A DNA stretch of 23,112 bases, taken from Atractiella rhizophila. Its lineage: Eukaryota. Numbering within the stretch: position 1 is the first letter of the stretch; every line of letters begins with the position of its first letter. The notes under the pieces were generated by a model, which worked only from the letters and a program-made list of their open reading frames with translations, searched no databases and was not told the DNA's origin. The stretch lies in contig MU271351.1 in NCBI GenBank assembly GCA_021432655.1, forward strand, positions 62,001 through 85,112. Direction: 5' to 3'. Both the position numbers and the translations under genes were made by a program. Below are positions 22,123 to 23,112 of this stretch, in pieces.

Positions 22123-23112
22123 ATGCCCAACCCGATTGCTTTCGTCCTCATCCCCGGCGCTTCAGTAGTCGCTGAACCATGCTTCGCTCGAGTTACCCCT
22201 CGACTTCGGAGCTTGGGCTACGAGGTGTACCCTACGGATTTGGCTTCCGTAGGAGAGAGACCGGAGGGCCCAGCAAGTTTCGAGGACGACGTGACACAGA
22301 TAGCTGCACAGATCCGAAAGTTGGCGGAGCAAGGAAAGGTTCGCGTCCCTTCTGGCTTGAGTGATGGAGATGTGCGCTGACGATGAGTGGCCAGGACGTC
22401 GTTATGGCCATGTCGAGCTACGGCGGGTTTCCTGGAACACAAGCTTGTAAGGGATTGATAGCTGCTGATCGGGCCAAAGAAGGGAAGAAAGGAGGTGTGG
22501 TTGCGCTCGCTTACCTCGCGTCATTCATTCCTCCACCTGGGAAGTCGATCCGTGATGTGATGGGAGAGTCTCTGCCTGAGGCCATGAAGGACTCTCCCGT
22601 GTGTCCTTCCCTCCTCTTCCTGTCCTATCCCTCGTAAAGGAAAATTGTAGAACGACTACATGCAGAACCATCCGGAAAGTTGGAGGTATGCGTTCTGCGA
22701 CGTCCCGATAGAGGAAGGTGAGCGTCTTGCTCTCGTCGGGCGAAGGAGGGTGACGACCGATTCAACAGCTGAAGAATTGCGCGACAAATATTACGTGCCA
22801 GCTGTGGACAAACAGTCAACCAAATCCTTCAACGGGTACATCGACTATCCAGCTTATAGGTTCGTGGACACCTGTTTCCTGTTGGGGGAGCAGGACATGC
22901 TCGTTCCACCGGTCGTCAGTCGTTGTGAGTATTTAGGGCACGTTATACTCATGATGCGGGCTGATTACACTTGTGCTCTGAATACTATAGCCATGCTCAA
23001 GTGGGCCAAAGATGAAGGGATAGAAGTCAAGACGACATCGATTCAAGCGAGCCATGCGCCGTTCCTTACAAAGGTGGACGAAACGGTGGAGTTCCTCGTT
23101 AAGGCTGCGAAA
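22123..23112 (+). CDS. Alpha/beta-hydrolase (Abhydrolase_6, methylesterase-like), copy 2; runs off the window just before its stop (introns 22339-22394, 22599-22650, 22718-22768, 22925-22990)
   Basis: Same exon structure and motifs as copy 1 (LIPGA, AMSSYGG, GEQDMLVP, ASHAPFL). Confidence 0.9.

Noticed and set aside
1..23112. CRISPR array, tRNA/rRNA genes or a prokaryote-type operon or defence system
   Set aside because: No regularly spaced direct repeats or cloverleaf/rRNA-like segments were recognised, and all genes are spliceosomal-intron-containing fungal genes. Small snoRNAs cannot be excluded by eye.

Overview
Intron-rich fungal genomic DNA. Introns are mostly 44-60 nt GT-AG with CTRAC-like branch points, which suggests a basidiomycete (inference). 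All gene models were spliced by eye. From left to right: the 3' end of a SUR7/PalI-type membrane protein; two tandem paralogous RING-CH (MARCH-type) membrane E3 ligases; an uncharacterised two-TM protein with an AT-hook tail; eIF2A head-to-head with the proteasome chaperone Nas2/PSMD9; a 22-exon Lac12/CDT-like sugar porter; the FHA splicing factor SNIP1/Pml1 tail-to-tail with TYW2/TRM12; and mitoribosomal mL54. After about 17.7 kb the region looks accessory: a heavily frameshifted protein-kinase pseudogene (possibly Crinkler-like, with an upstream domain) and two tandem alpha/beta-hydrolases. The most notable observations are a promoter module conserved between the two hydrolases (TCCGGAATG, CAGCTTAC, CGG-N10-CCG, TATA), exon-restricted homogenisation between those paralogs, the kinase relic that the ORF track mostly misses, an apparent 1-nt frameshift at the SNIP1 C-terminus, and the TM plus AT-hook orphan. 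I did not recognise any RNA gene, CRISPR array or intact transposon, and I cannot claim a new biological system from sequence alone.
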